NCBI GenBank assembly: GCA_977020255.1
Contig: CDROCS010005134.1
Span: forward strand, 124,001 to 188,000
From: Obrimoposthia wandeli
Taxonomy: Eukaryota
Direction: 5' to 3'
DNA: 64,000 nt
Part shown: in pieces, positions 1 through 14,050 of the stretch
Layout: each line of letters begins with the position of its first letter
How positions within the stretch are numbered: the first letter of the stretch is position 1
Position numbers and translations under genes: made by a program
Notes under the pieces: generated by a model
Told to the model about the DNA's origin: nothing
The model's database searches: none
The model's input: only the letters and a program-made list of their open reading frames with translations

Positions 1-74
1 AAAATAGTTTAAGCATTTTAAAACAATAATACTTAGTTATATTTTAAATAATTTATTTGTGTTTTAATTAACCG

Positions 75-400
75 CGGGCAATGGGTCGAAGGTCACTGGG
101 TATTCAGAGCTGTAGAATGAGACACATTCAAGTTCTGTCTCGTGGAAGTTCTTGGTCGGAGCCGTCTTCTTCTATGGACAGGGACCATATCAGATCGGTA
201 ATTAGCTTACCAAGGTCTCAAGAACGTCGGAAATTGAATATACATCAATGACTCTGTGAACCTGAATGATGCAGATGTTCAGATTGTGGTCCCACGCAAA
301 GAAGAAGATTCACCGTCAATGTGAGACAAGTTGGGAACTGTTCACGTCTTATCTTTCGGAATTCGTTTGGAGAAATTGGAACGTTGGAGAATACCACGTT
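75..400 (+). mobile_element. Merlin (ISXO2/IS1595-like) transposase remnant
   Basis: Broken frames read QWVEGHWVFRAVE*DTFKFCLVEV...GTISDR*LAYQGL and RLWSHAKKKIHRQCETSWELFTSYLSEFVWR. These match the Merlin motifs WVFG..ER, SD.W.AY and YL.EF.WR. Stops and frameshifts are present. Confidence 0.7.
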
Positions 401-2649
401 TGAGTTTATACTGACAATACGTTTCATTATTGTTCATAGATTTCTTCTTAAAGTTGTAAATTCGTTATATATGTGTTATAGTAATACAATTGAATATAAA
501 AGAATATTTTTTAGCTAAACTATTGTTTTAAAATACTTAAATTATTTTACGACGTTTAAAAATAAATCGCCAAAATCAAATATATATTCAACTTGCACAG
601 ATGAATTTTAATAGCTGATTAAATGAGCCAAAAAGTAAATTGGTAGTTTGAAGAAAGAGTTACGATGGAGACAATTGCTGTAACTATATTTAGAATCAAC
701 TAAATTTCCAGTCTCGAATTGAATAGCTTTCGGCTCTCTATTTAACTTCATTTGGTTAGCAAATATGATTCAAAAAATACTTTAAGTGTAATATTATTGA
801 AATAATTTTAGAATAAAGTTTATATTTTGTATAGTATTCATTAACATTTAAAAAAACTATATTCTTAAAAGATGTAAAAGATTAATACAAATTACAAAAT
901 TGTAATTTTTATTCATCTCTTTCCAAACTATACAGTCATTTGAATTAATTAATGCAGGGATTGGCATAATTTCGCAGTTGCTTTTCTGCAATAATAATCT
1001 GATATGACTGGATATTTACTGGTCTATATGTGCATTTGTATTGATGACGGCTACCGCTGCAGCAGGAACATGACTGATTACCGTATATACCCAAAAATAA
1101 GACAAGGTCATAATGCCGTTTTTCAAGTTAAATGTAGGGAGTCATTTTTATCCATGGATTTCGTTTTAAAACCTTAGCAAATCTATGATTGTATTATAAT
1201 TTTTATATTGATTGACAAAGTAAAAAGCTTAGAGAACGTATTACTATGGTGACGTAGCTAGTGAACATAAATAAATAAACCTAATTTTGTTGCTCCAAAC
1301 ATATTATGCCAATTAATCCCTATATATTAATTTAATAATCAACGCTCAGTAATTACGATTTTGACAGTTTAGATATTCAGCTCTTATTTTGGTATATTTA
1401 TTGTAAAAATTCAGTGAAACTTCGCCCATTAAGTAGGTGAAACTCCAACGACAAATAATGGGAAAACTCATACATTAAGAAGCCGAAAATCACCACGATC
1501 AGAAAATGAGGACAAGAGTGCTCAAATTCAGAGATTAAAGACCACACTGAAGCCGAGGACAAACATCCGTTTCTACAACCCCAGTCAGCCTTGCATCACT
1601 AGTGTTAAAACTTGAATTCGTATCGCAGACGAAGCAGTCAGCGAAGTTGATCGTGCAAACACTGTTCTATAAAAGGCCAGTAAATCAGAAGTAAATGATA
1701 GAAAATTTAGAGGACAGCATGAATTTAAGTATTAGACGAAGACACGAATTATAAATCACAACAATTTGGGAAATAAACGTGTAGTGAAGTTAATTCAGAG
1801 GACCAAGTAATTTCGTTCAAAGGAAACAATTCCCAAAGTCCAAACAGAGTGCGAACAGAGATTCAGTCAGACTATTGGAGCAACAGCACAATCGCTACAA
1901 CTACAAGTAAGTAGATAGTTTGTAAATTACATAATCCTAATTTACATTTTCATTGAATTTTCAATTGAATTTTGAATTCACTTTGTTGATTTTATTGGAT
2001 TTGATAGTCGTAACTCTTTGTTCCCCGTTAATTGAGTAATCGGGGTAGATGAAGTAGCCTAGAAAAGAGTAATATAGAAAGTTGTGGGACTCTCAGAGTG
2101 TGGTGTCTCTAATAAGATTTATGTTTATTTTATTGTGGCAATGCACATAATAAAATTTAGTCTCATACAATTTGTTGTAACTCAACACCAGACAAATTAG
2201 TCGAACCGAACTAAAATATTTGTATGAAAGCCGATCAAACCTGCTCGAAAACAATCTATACCGTACACTGGAAAAGTCGATATGCAGTAGATTAGTCCGG
2301 CGTATAACTTGCCCATTTTCTAGTCTAGGTTCAGTCAGACTATTTTTGAATTAACAACTAATATTTGATCTAATCAGCTACACACGAGACCTACATCATA
2401 TTACAATAGTTTTGGGATATTTCTGATAATTTGAAGACATCACAAATACCTTCAGACTCAATTAAACCAGGAAGACCGCGAAGACCCCTAAGTCATATCT
2501 CAAGAGAACTCATGTTGGGGGCAGTCATGCAAGGATTCTAGAATAAGAGTTTATAGAAAATCAGAATACTTGTGGTGTTGACCAAAAAGATTCAGCCTTC
2601 GGCAAAAGCATATTATTTTATTTGGCCATTTACTGAATGATTTCAAACT

Positions 2650-2780
2650 GTCACGTAATTGGGTATCAGTATTTTTCAAATCGACGTACAACTATTATGT
2701 GCCAGAAACTGCTGGCGGGTTACGAGGAAAAGATGATTTTCTTCCATTGTTTCATTATCCAAGAGCCTGTTTTCACTTTC
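2650..2780 (+). mobile_element. possible hAT transposase fragment
   Basis: One frame reads TTIM...KMIFFHCFIIQE, resembling the hAT 'AM...HC..HQE' segment. Short and degenerate. Confidence 0.3.
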
Positions 2781-5171
2781 TAAATAGTCCAATAGAAAAT
2801 GCAGATCAAACACCATTACAATCCATAAAATGGGCGATAACACGGTTTCTATTAGAACTACAGTATAACTAAATGTGATTCGGTTTTTCTAAACTAGCTG
2901 ACGATAATTCACGTCTTGCAATCATTTCAGGTCTATTATTACAAACCGTTCAAGAGTGTCTAGAAGATATAATTATGAAATCATTCAAGAAAAGTGGAAT
3001 CATTCTAACGCGCTTGTTGGTATAGAAGACGTTTCCAAAAGGGCAACTCGTGTGAGGTTACGCAAACCGGTTTGCGTAAAACAAAATGTGTGAAAACTGT
3101 TCTTGGAGGTGCTTATTCGGATAACAGGCGTAAATAAACTTGGTATAATACCTTCACTGATTATGTTTCTATAATATATTTACTGTTTGCCTGTAATTGC
3201 GAAAGTAATTCGGTCAGTTTGTATTCATACAGTTTATATGTATATTTAAGATTCGTATCTAATATCAGAAAGTAAGAAAGCGTCTTATTTACGGGTATAT
3301 ACAGACTAAAATGTGATCAAAAATTCATGTAAAAATATTACATAATTAGTTAGAAATAGTAGCTATTAAGATGGATCTCGAAAACTGTTCACATATTTTA
3401 TGTGTTATATTGCTTAACGTTAATGAACAGTCATCCAATAACTAATCTTTGATGATTCCAAAATTATGTTGTGGGTTTAAGAATGTGAAAAAATATGAAA
3501 CATTACATTTCCACTGTACTGCATCTAATTTAATGAAGGAGCAAACAAGAACATTGTAGAAAATTAGGCATAATATTATTTTAAAAAAAGGTTTAATTAA
3601 TTTTTTTCTAAATTTCCCTCTAATTCAAATGTTACTCATTTGCCAACAACCTTAATGACTCTAACTAATGACCTTAATCAATGCCATTTAACGAGCCAGT
3701 TGATTCTACTGAACATAAGAAGAGAAACTTAGCCAGCAAAAACTTTGCGATAAAACAGTCTACCACTCTCATTTCTTGTTCTTTGTTTCATCGATATTTC
3801 AGGAAAAAGGGCAATAATCGGGATTAAATTTATTTCTCTACTTAACATTAAAACCGGAATTCGATATCATCATGAAAGATTAAATGGCAATAAAATAAAA
3901 AAAGGATTAGAGCAAAATTTAGTTGGATGTTGTAACGAGTTAAAATCAGCAATTAAAAAATAATAATGAAGTAGGAAATGTTTTTAGAATCGTATAATCA
4001 ATTTCGGTTGACAGCTATGTTCAGATTCCTTCAATTTTATTTTATATTTGAAGTATATCATTAATAATTTTTATGGTGTATTTTATCAAAACGGAAAGTG
4101 ATAATTTTTTTTTTGGTTCATCCCACATCGCAAGTTATACTTATCAAAAATGGCCCACTAGGCATTCGTATTAAATCGCGCAAATCCAATGAAGAAAGCC
4201 ACACATCGTACGCATTTAAAAATTGAGAATAACATTACATCAATAGTATTCATTCACAGTATATTGACTTGCTTTGCCAAATTCAATGACAGGTTTACTT
4301 TTATGTAAAAATCTGTTTTATTTTAATCTAAATCTTTATAGGAAAAATAATTTTATCAACCATTTAATTTGTACAAAGAAATTCTACAAAATGTTAACTA
4401 ATTTTTAAATATAAATTAATTGAACTAAATTATTATCATTTTTTCTTTAGAATTTCGATTCTAACAGTAGTTAGTCTGAAATTTTTAAAATGGTTTCTAA
4501 ACAATCTAAATATAATCACATAAAAAACATTTTCACATACTAATCTTCTTCAAAAGTTCAAATAAAAATACTGACCCGTTTTCAAGAAAAAAGACTACAA
4601 AATTTGATCAAATAGGAAAAAAATAAGAGTAACCTTCAACATTTTGATATGAATAAAGATATCATATGACCTTTAAATATATTTATTATATCAATCTATA
4701 TATATCAATATATTGCATTAATTCTATAATAAAATGAACTATTTTATTGCAAATGACTTTGGAACTTAATTAGTTCATGAAAGTTTAATGAAAACTTCGA
4801 ACAACTAACAAAAAGGTATTATTCAGTTAATTTATAATATTTGTATGTCTCTTTTAAACGTTTTAGAACTAATATTGAATTTAAATCTATGTTTGATGCC
4901 AATTTTGGATTAAACATATCTTAAAGTATGAAATGATAATTTATGTTTAATGATAAGAAGACATTCATATAGAAATTTAATTGATAATACATTGTATTTT
5001 ATTGTTTAAAATGCTGTAATATAATTAAGACTATTTGATTATTTGAATGCAAATTAACTATTTAATTAATATTAAAATAAATGTATCATTAGCATATTTT
5101 TAAAAAGATTTATGCAGATACAAACATTGATTTAAAGTGGTACAGAACCTTCAAATATTTCAAATATTTAA

Positions 5172-5636
5172 ATGTCTACTCCCAATTATTTTCAAAAGCA
5201 AGTTGAAGAAGCAGTTAAGATATTAATTTTCAAAAATGTTATTGAAGAAGATGTTATTGATGCTTCGGATCTGGAAGAGCATGTGAGAAGACTTATTTAC
5301 AACAAAGCCGTGGAGAAACTCATCCAGGTATATAATCAATGGAAAGAGGGTGCACTTGAAGATATTCAGATTCTCAATCTGGGAGAAGACTCTTTTTATG
5401 TGTATCAGTGCTTGTTTAGTAATAAATTATTTTATCTTATAAACATTATCCCTTATCACTCATCTATTGATTATGGAGTTGAAAAACAATACATATTTTC
5501 TACTTTTTACAAGTATAATAAATGTCCGATAGCATACCCAAGTTCTGAGCAAGTAATGTATCCTTTTAAAACTTTTCGCTTGTCCGCTTTAAATCAAATT
5601 ATTATTCATCATTTATTTCAGTCTAATTGCGATTAA
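5172..5636 (+). CDS. hypothetical protein, 154 aa, single exon
   Basis: Uninterrupted ATG-to-TAA ORF with protein-like composition in otherwise stop-rich AT DNA. No family recognised. Confidence 0.55.
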   Translation: MSTPNYFQKQVEEAVKILIFKNVIEEDVIDASDLEEHVRRLIYNKAVEKLIQVYNQWKEGALEDIQILNLGEDSFYVYQCLFSNKLFYLINIIPYHSSIDYGVEKQYIFSTFYKYNKCPIAYPSSEQVMYPFKTFRLSALNQIIIHHLFQSNCD

Positions 5637-8526
5637 ATATGATTATTGTCTGATAAATTTAAATTTATTTTCACATTATTAGAACTATCTAAGAATAAAA
5701 ATTATTTTTTATTGAGAATTCTAAAGAAAATAATCATACATGTTTGACAGTCAATTTATATAAAAAATATTAAAATACCAGGAATAATTTCTTGAATAAA
5801 AATATCAATAACGGATTTTATCCGAAAATTATTAATTAGATTTGTAGAAATCTCAGCGAACTCAATTCAGATTTTATAACGTTTGTTGTTTGGAATTTGG
5901 AATTTAAAACTTAAAATAAGACATTAATGATTTTTCAAAAATTACTTTCTCTTTTAATAAATATATTTAGCAAATATTGAGTAATAATTCGTCGTCAAAT
6001 TAATACTATTAACATATAAAATATTTAAGGATTCACCTGGGGATTATTGTGTATATATAAATATAGCTAACCTAATGGTTAAAAAATACCACCCTGCTAT
6101 TAAAAGTGTTAGAATCGAAAAAAAACCTTCTGATTCATATAAATGAATCAAAAGAAATGAAAAATATTTCCTATGATTAAAATGGGGAATTCTCAAAAAG
6201 TACCCAAAAATGTTTAAAAAGCGGTTTAAAAAAATTATGTTCACAAAAGAACATTATGCCCCTAAAATGATTAAATATTTTAACAATTAAGCTTACTCAA
6301 ATAAATTCATCATTGAAATATATTTTGACATAATTTCATCAGTAGGCTCTTCTAACTCTATTTTATTATGCTGAACTGGCCTTCCCATTTCATCAAATAT
6401 GTATTTTAAAAAGCTCAAAGTTTAGACCCAGTAACCATTTTAGACAATTTAATTCAAGATTACCATCCTTTTTATTCAGATGAGCAAAACTTCATCAAAA
6501 TCATTAAATTAAATATTCTTTTAATGATTTCAATTAGCTTCTATTTTTTTTTTTTTTGCTAAAATTTATTTTTTTAATAAAATTTTTATTTTAAAAGTTT
6601 ATTATTAACGAGGAATATCTGTAGTCTCAATTGAATGTAACAAAGTGGATTTTCAAAAAATAATAATTTCGGTTCGCTTCTTCATGAACTGAATTCGAAT
6701 CAATGCATTATACAATTTCCTACTTTTTTTATTTTATTTCCAACATTGATGTCAAATTGGTTCCGAATATAATTGACCTTATTCCATGTTTAGTTTCATC
6801 TGTCAGATCGTAAATATTCTCCCTCACAAACCGCGTTCCGTTGGACTATGGAATTAGAAAATTGCCCAATAAAAGTAGACCACGGCCGAAAGTGAAAGGG
6901 GAGCATGGATGCAGACAATTACCCCGGTTTGTTGATAACTGAGACATTCAGAAGTCGTAAAGTCTCCAGGGAGTCCATACTGAAAATGATTCAGGGTGCA
7001 CATGTTTACATTCGTCATTGCCTCCTCCACCACATCTGGCAAGACTAAATGAAGCTCTGGACAGGAACATCCCTCTCTATCGGGGCAATTTGGGACGCAC
7101 TAAAATGTACTGTAATGTGACATGCGCTTCGTGAAATGCATGTCCCATCCTCGGAGTTCCGACTAGTGAGGAAATAAAATCCAATGAAAATATCTTCAGT
7201 TCTCTGTGCCCAAACAGGAATAAATACACTTTGGTTTCTATTACAAGTTAACCACTCTCGAGTGACCTTTGGAAATAACAAAAAAATAATATCAACAAAA
7301 AAGTGAAAAAAATTAAATGAAGTTAAATTTTATTGTAAGAATTATTTACACAAAATTCCCAATATACGTAGTTTAAATAAAAAGTACCCAGACTCATAAA
7401 GAAAGAAATATCATGTATACTAAATTTCATACTGATATTTTCTTTTTGTTTTTACTGGTTTAGTTTGCTTACTTTATAGCGTTAAATGAGAAAAAATGTA
7501 CGATCATGTAGAATTTTACAGTGTTGATTCTGAAAGATATTGAAAGATTACAAGTAATCGCTGAATTATAACCTGCATACGAAATTGATGTTCCTGTTGG
7601 ACTTCAAAAATAAAATCAAGATAAACATAAAAAAAATGACGACGGCGATGATGAACACTTTAAAATTTAAAGCTAAATAAAATAAAAAATAAATAAGGAC
7701 CTGTAATATTCGTAGGAAGAGATGTCCAGTAAAATTGTAATGTGATTCTATTTCCAAAAAAACAGGGTTTTTATATCCTTCTAATTCCTATGTAGTGCTC
7801 AGGTCTTCATGTCGGGGCTTTTGATTTAGATTAGTTTAATCTAAATGGGATTTGGTTCTTTACATAATTTGCCCACTTAGGTTCCATCTGGTAACCCGTT
7901 AGGAGATGTGTTTGCCTGTTAGAATTGTAAAGTTTTATGTACTTTCTTATAGTATAAGAATTTTTACCCAAAGGTGGAATTTTGATGAGCCGTACATTTT
8001 TCAATTGGAAATAATTTATGCTTTAAAATGATGTTTTGTTCATTTATTTGCGACTTTTAGATGTCTAGAAATTCTTCTTTAAAATTTAATTAATCAACGT
8101 TTTAATAACCAAAAATCACATATAAATTGATATTTCCTTACTAATTTATGTGTAGTTCAGATTTTGATTTAAGGTCTTTCTTTAAAATGTTATTTGTAAA
8201 AAGGTGAATTTTACACAAAATTAATTAATATTTTAAAACTGTTATTCTTAATTGTAGGTCACATCATAACATTTTAATAAGTATTTTGGTATAAACTTTA
8301 TTCATAACTTAAGAAATTGTTATTTATTTGCTTAAAGGTTTTTAAGGATAGCAATTTAAATATTTGTTCTTTTAATGTTCTTTTAAATTTAACTCTAACA
8401 TTCCAATTAAGACAACAATTTGTGTATGGAGAAATGAGATTAAGTTTGGATAATAAAGTGTGTTGATGTAGAGAACTGGGAAGACCCAAGAAATCGAAGA
8501 AATCGAAGAAGTGTTTATCTTAAAAA

Positions 8527-8818
8527 TAATTGTGTCATTATGTCGTTTCCAGACATTGAAAACAGTTTTGCGACACACACCCAGCTGCTTTACTATATCA
8601 CTGTTAGAAATTCCAGCATTTTTTAATGCAACAATTTGGGCACGTTTTGTTTCTGGCGCCATATCTTATTGATAAAATTGATATAGTAAAACGAAACAAT
8701 AAGGATGTGTCGCAAATATATACTCCATGCAAAGTTAAAAATCTTGAAGATTTTGATCGAATTTATAATCGTTTTATAATATTTTTTTAACATGGGTAAT
8801 TCGTTATGGGACACCCTG
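8527..8818 (-). mobile_element. Tc1/mariner 5' end (TIR plus N-terminal HTH), truncated
   Basis: The minus strand starts TA|CAGGGTGTCCCATAAC at 8820-8803, a typical Tc1/mariner TIR with TA target. The ORF MAPETKRAQIVALKNAGISNSDIVKQLGVCRKTVFNVWKR is a Tc1-type HTH. Similarity ends near 8527. Confidence 0.75.
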
Positions 8819-10029
8819 TAGATGAAAGGAAAATAACGGTTATAAAGCTTGCAGCACATTTCAATGTGTGTAAGAAAACAGTGCAAACATATTGGGCAAG
8901 TTACGAATTCGAAATCTCTGCAGCATATTCGTCCTGAAGTTTATGAGTAGTGAAATGATGGAAAATCGTCTGAAGACTTTTAACTGGAACTTGGTGTTAT
9001 TTGATGATTTGGGGTAAACACCATTGAATAATATTATTAAACAAGATAAACATCAAAGAGCTTCTATATTCCATCATCCAGACGAGTCCCGTGAGGGGAA
9101 GTTGCTTTGAAATAAGCCAACAAAGTTACTTTGTATCGGAACAAGTCATCACAAATGCTTATTAGTGGGTGTGTTTTCGACAAGAGTTGGTCTATAACAA
9201 AGTTTAATTTACGAATGAATCCTTTAATGCTGTATACTATTTGAGTCTTGCACCTCATGGAAATTTATTATATTAAATTATATAAAGTGCAAGCTAAAAA
9301 TATTGTTCCTTTTAATTAAAAAACTGAAGATTTTCTTTAAAAAAATATTGTGGGAAGATACAGAAATTGATATTTTGACTTTACCTGACCATCACTTTGA
9401 CATTTGGTTCTGGGTTTATGGATATGAAATTTTAGAAACATAAAATCACAATTTGTTAAAGGAAGTCAAAGTTAACTGAATCATACCCTCAAAATTGGCT
9501 TTCCTAGTTTTTACATTTTGTAAGTTTACTAGTTTAAGCTTGTGAAATTTTGTAATATTTTTAGAACTAACTGTATATAATAGTTAACAGTTATGTGACA
9601 TTAATTAACTTAATAAACAAAATTAAACCATTCACGTGTGTTCCTGTCAATCAATTATAATTTGCTAATTTAGCGTAATATTTTAGGCATAAATTTCATT
9701 TTATTCGGTTAAAAATAAGAATCTTATACGCTTTTTTCTTCACGTATACTATCTATTTTAGTTGTTTTCTCTCGAAACTAAGGGTTTTCATTGATTGATA
9801 TAAATAATTGCACTTATTTCTGGTTGAATGTAATGAATCAATTTGAATTTTGCGAAATATTAACTTTGTATTCCTATATTTTTTTTTGATGAAATTTATT
9901 TATGAATAAGATGCAATATTCATTAGATAACTGTTATGTTTCCTAGTATGCGCCTATAGAACTGTTTCTATTATTTCAGACTTTATTTTTGTTTAAAATA
10001 AAAATGTTTATTTTATATTAAGTTTTGAT

Positions 10030-10547
10030 TCTATGTAAAATGGTCGAAAATAAAAAGGTCGAAAATAAAAATGGTCGAAAATGGAATGGGTCGAAAATTG
10101 AAATAGTCGAAAAATAGTGGTATGCATAATCAATTATCAATGCGTTAGTTTGAGCATCAGTATTGACGGCTTTTGATTTAATATTTTCAGTATTTTAACG
10201 ACTCTCTATGATATTTGCGTATAGTAAATGAGAGTGCTCACCCTTAAGAATTAATTTACTTTCTTTGATCCAAACTTTAGCCGGACAACGAGTTTCTCTT
10301 TCTTTTTCACATTTCCAATAAGTGGTGACATTACAAGTCTCCTTATTTTTGTAATATAAAAATCCATTATTCAATAACATGTCTTTATTCTTTTGAGATT
10401 TTATAAATTTATAATTTGAAATTTATCTAATTTAAATTAAAACAATTTTGAAATATAATAATTTTGACATTTTCAATTTTTGACCATTTCAATTTTCGAC
10501 CATTTCAATTTTCAACCTTTTTATTTTCGACATTTTTAATGTAAACC
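10030..10547 (-). mobile_element. internally deleted MULE-like element with FLYWCH fragment
   Basis: ORF 10195-10380 (GFLYYKNK..TYWKC..TRCPAKV..GEHSH) is a FLYWCH zinc finger. It is flanked by inverted arrays of ~16-17 bp GGTCGAAAAT-type repeats at 10041-10115 and ~10465-10535. Confidence 0.7.
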
Positions 10548-13099
10548 TAATATTTTATTCCATTTAGAATTTAAAACTCAATTTTATGTTAGTTACTATG
10601 TGAAAACTTAGAAATGTGAATTTGATACTAACTTAATTTTGTTTTAAAAATATGTTTATTTTATATTAGTTTTATATTCCGCATGGAATTTTAAAATAAG
10701 TTGCATGGTTTATATATATTTCTTTCGTTTTGCAATTTTTTTTTGGAAGTTATGGAATTTTATTATGGCGACTGTTTTTTTTTGACGGTTTCCTGTGGAA
10801 CATATCTACCGCGTAAAAAGAGAATTAGATGTTTACGACAAACGCTTCTTCTCAAAAACCATAAACGAAAACATGAACTTCATCCAAAGTGTTACTTGAC
10901 ATACAACTGAAACTGATTTCCGGTAAGATAAGTAGAAAGTTACATATTTTAAAAGCTGTTTAAAAAATACTTTCTTATATAAATTCACATTTGACATGCA
11001 TGGGACATCAGATAAACATAATACATACGACGTTGTTTCAGGAAACTTTTTAAAATATAACAAAATGTGTTAAAAATGACTATTTAACTAAAATAGGCTG
11101 TTATTCATTTACATTTTGCTTTCTTTCGATAGGGAAAGTGTTTTTTCCTCCCCATTTTTGTGTGTGTTTGCTACACAGTCACATTTTACATATTAAATGC
11201 ATCCTTGGCTGAAATTTAATGTCTTCCATTGAAATTTCAGCGATTTTTGATTGTTTATTTGTAAAAAATCTAAATTGTCTTTTAAGTAAGCGTGTGTGAC
11301 AATCACATATAATCTAAAATCACAAACCAATTACGATAAAGATATATTAGTACTTTATTGGCACAAATTAACCTTGGTTTTTCAAAAATTTACTAATAAA
11401 AATTAATTACATTTATTATAACTAAATGATTAATTATACAGTATGTCATATTGACTTTTTTAAAATTTTTAACGTTATTTGAAAACTAAACGTATAGCGT
11501 TATGAAAAATTATTTTGTTTTCTAACACTGTTATTTTGTCGTTTATATGTAGCCAATAAAAATAATCCAAAAAATGTTACTTGTCATTTGTCAGATTAAT
11601 TAAGATCCCATTTTTGGTTGTTTATATATGATTCCTATTAATAAACATAAAGGCTGGCTGATGAAATGAATGTAGATAAGATGCTTGAATATTGACTTTG
11701 GAAGTAGTCTTTGGATATTAGTTAAATCTATATAATTTCGGTATAACTTTCTTTGAGATCTTGGGTTAAGACTATTTATGATCACGAAGCATCTTCCAGA
11801 GATTTCTCTGTTATGTTTGAAGTTATTGATTGAATCAGATGATCCGTGAATTTGAAACGATGGATGAAATTGATAAGTAATGGATAAATATGTCTCTGTA
11901 ACTATTTGATTCATTCTCACTAATACTCTTAGAAATTTTCAATATTTTTCCTTTTGAAACATATATAAATAGTAATTAATCATTTATATTCTTGAATATT
12001 GCATACGTTTTAATTACTATCTCTTCTCATATATAACAATCCGGGTATAATTTCTTCATCACAAGTCCAACTTTTAGAACATAATTATAAATTTTCCTAT
12101 AATTATCAATAACTTTCCTTCCCATAAACCTCTATTATCAACCCTATTTTTTTTTAATATCAAACAAGAGGTTGATTATATATGTCAAACAAACCAGGTA
12201 TAATTCATAATTTCCTCACATATATCAATTCTTTAACACTATTCTTCATTATTGCATCTAAATTTCAATAAAATACTTCAAACATTATCTTTAAAAAAAT
12301 AGCATACCTAGCTTTGATTTTAATTGAAGGAATGTAGAAGGAATATATAAAATGCTTAAATATTGGCTTTGGAACGATAATATTGATGACTTCGATAAAA
12401 CTCTCTTTGAAAATAACTTATTTACTATGTATTAATGAAATCGTTAATTTTCATTCAATGTCTTAATATTAATTGATTAAAAGTATTTTTTAATGTCTAA
12501 TGAAGATAGAATCCATTTATATGAACCAAAACTATTAATAGTAATCATAAAGATTTCACCCGATTTTTTATAAAAATATGATGACTTTATCAATACTCAG
12601 AAGTTGTTTCTTTAAGTTTTCCTTAATACCTATTGACTTATAAGTAGCTATTTACAACATCAATGATTAATTTCAACTATAAAATCAATAATTGGGAATA
12701 TGTACACTAATCGTTATTACTCAATATCTAATCTAAACCTCTAACTTCTAATACTCTAATTCTAATATTCTAATTCTAACACTAACATCATTTTTCAAAA
12801 TATATTCGAAAAATTTACAAGAAGATGGTAAAAGTTTGAATAATATCTCTGCTTTTGTAAAATTGTCTTCGTTATGACCGAAATATGAGTAAAATACTTA
12901 TGATTAATTTTTGGTATAACTCGCTTTGAAGCAGTATAAAGCTGAAATTCAATATGATCGCTTATATCATAATCTTAAATGACTGGAATTTTGATAAAAT
13001 ACGATTTCACTACAGTTTTAGAACAGTAGTCTTATTTCCCTTCTAAATATCTTCTAACTCACATTAAATTTCCTTTCAAAGTCAAATATATCCTATATT

Positions 13100-14050
13100 T
13101 TTTCTTCTGAATCCTACTAACCTTATATACATCGCTTTTATTTTCATTCAATCTAGCTATCTAGGCTATATTTACCAAAACCTCCTAAACATCCCTGCTA
13201 AATATTTTCTAAACCCTTCAAAGCTTTAATCTGAACCATCTAAACATCATCGTTAAATTTCCCTCTAAATTCATCTAATTTCTTCTGAAACCTCCTGAAC
13301 TCCCTGTTAAATTTCCCTCTAAATTCCTTTAATTTCTTCTGAAACCTCCCCATATAAATTCTCCTCTGAACCAATTTAAGTTATATTTCCTCTTCTGAAA
13401 CCTCTTGAAATATCCGTTAAATCCTCCTTTTATCTCCTTTAAGGTTATATTTTCTCTTCAGAAATCTCTTGAACTCCTCAGTTAAATTCTCTTTGGAACC
13501 CTTTAATTTCCCCTATGAACCAGTTTTAATTTCTTTTTTCTGAAACTTCCTAAATACTCCTTTTAAATACTTCTCTAAACGCCTTTTAAGGCTATATTTT
13601 CTGATACCTCCTAAACATTCCTGCTAAATCTTTTCTAAACCCTTCAAATCTATAATATATCTTCTGAAACCTCTTGAACACTTTTTCAATTTGTCTTTTA
13701 TAATCATTCTATGCATTAATATTTCTTCTATAACCTTCTAAATACCTCGTAAATTTCCTCTTCTATGTAATAAACTTCCTAAATTCCATTCCTAAATCTC
13801 TTAAATAAATCACATAAATTTCACTTCATAATCCAATCTAGGCTATATTTTTGATACCTCCTAAAAGTATCGTTAATTTCTCCTCTGAACCGCTACTTAT
13901 CTTTCTATGTATTAATTACTCTTCTAGAGAACCTTTTGAACAAATCGTGAGTTTCTCTTCTAAAACTCTATCCATTATTTTCTATTCTTAAACCTTATAA
14001 ACACCCATGTCATATCTCATCTAAATGTAACAAATCTCATGCATCTTCTT
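13100..14050 (-). repeat. degenerate tandem repeats / decayed repetitive ORF
   Basis: Recurrent TCTGAAACCTC and AAATTTCCCTCT motifs, with a ~60-bp block duplicated at ~13163 and ~13586. The minus strand reads RRFQKKLKEFRGKFNREFRRFQKKLDEFRGKFN. Confidence 0.5.

Noticed and set aside
1440-2560. Possible LTR/gag remnant
   Set aside because: It is slightly GC-richer and has a short repeat (TTCAGTCAGACTATT at ~1862 and ~2330), but no PBS, PPT, paired LTR or protein motif could be supported.
6854-7281. GC-richer patch as another cadherin exon or host gene
   Set aside because: No frame shows cadherin or other recognisable motifs, and every frame contains stops. Left unassigned.
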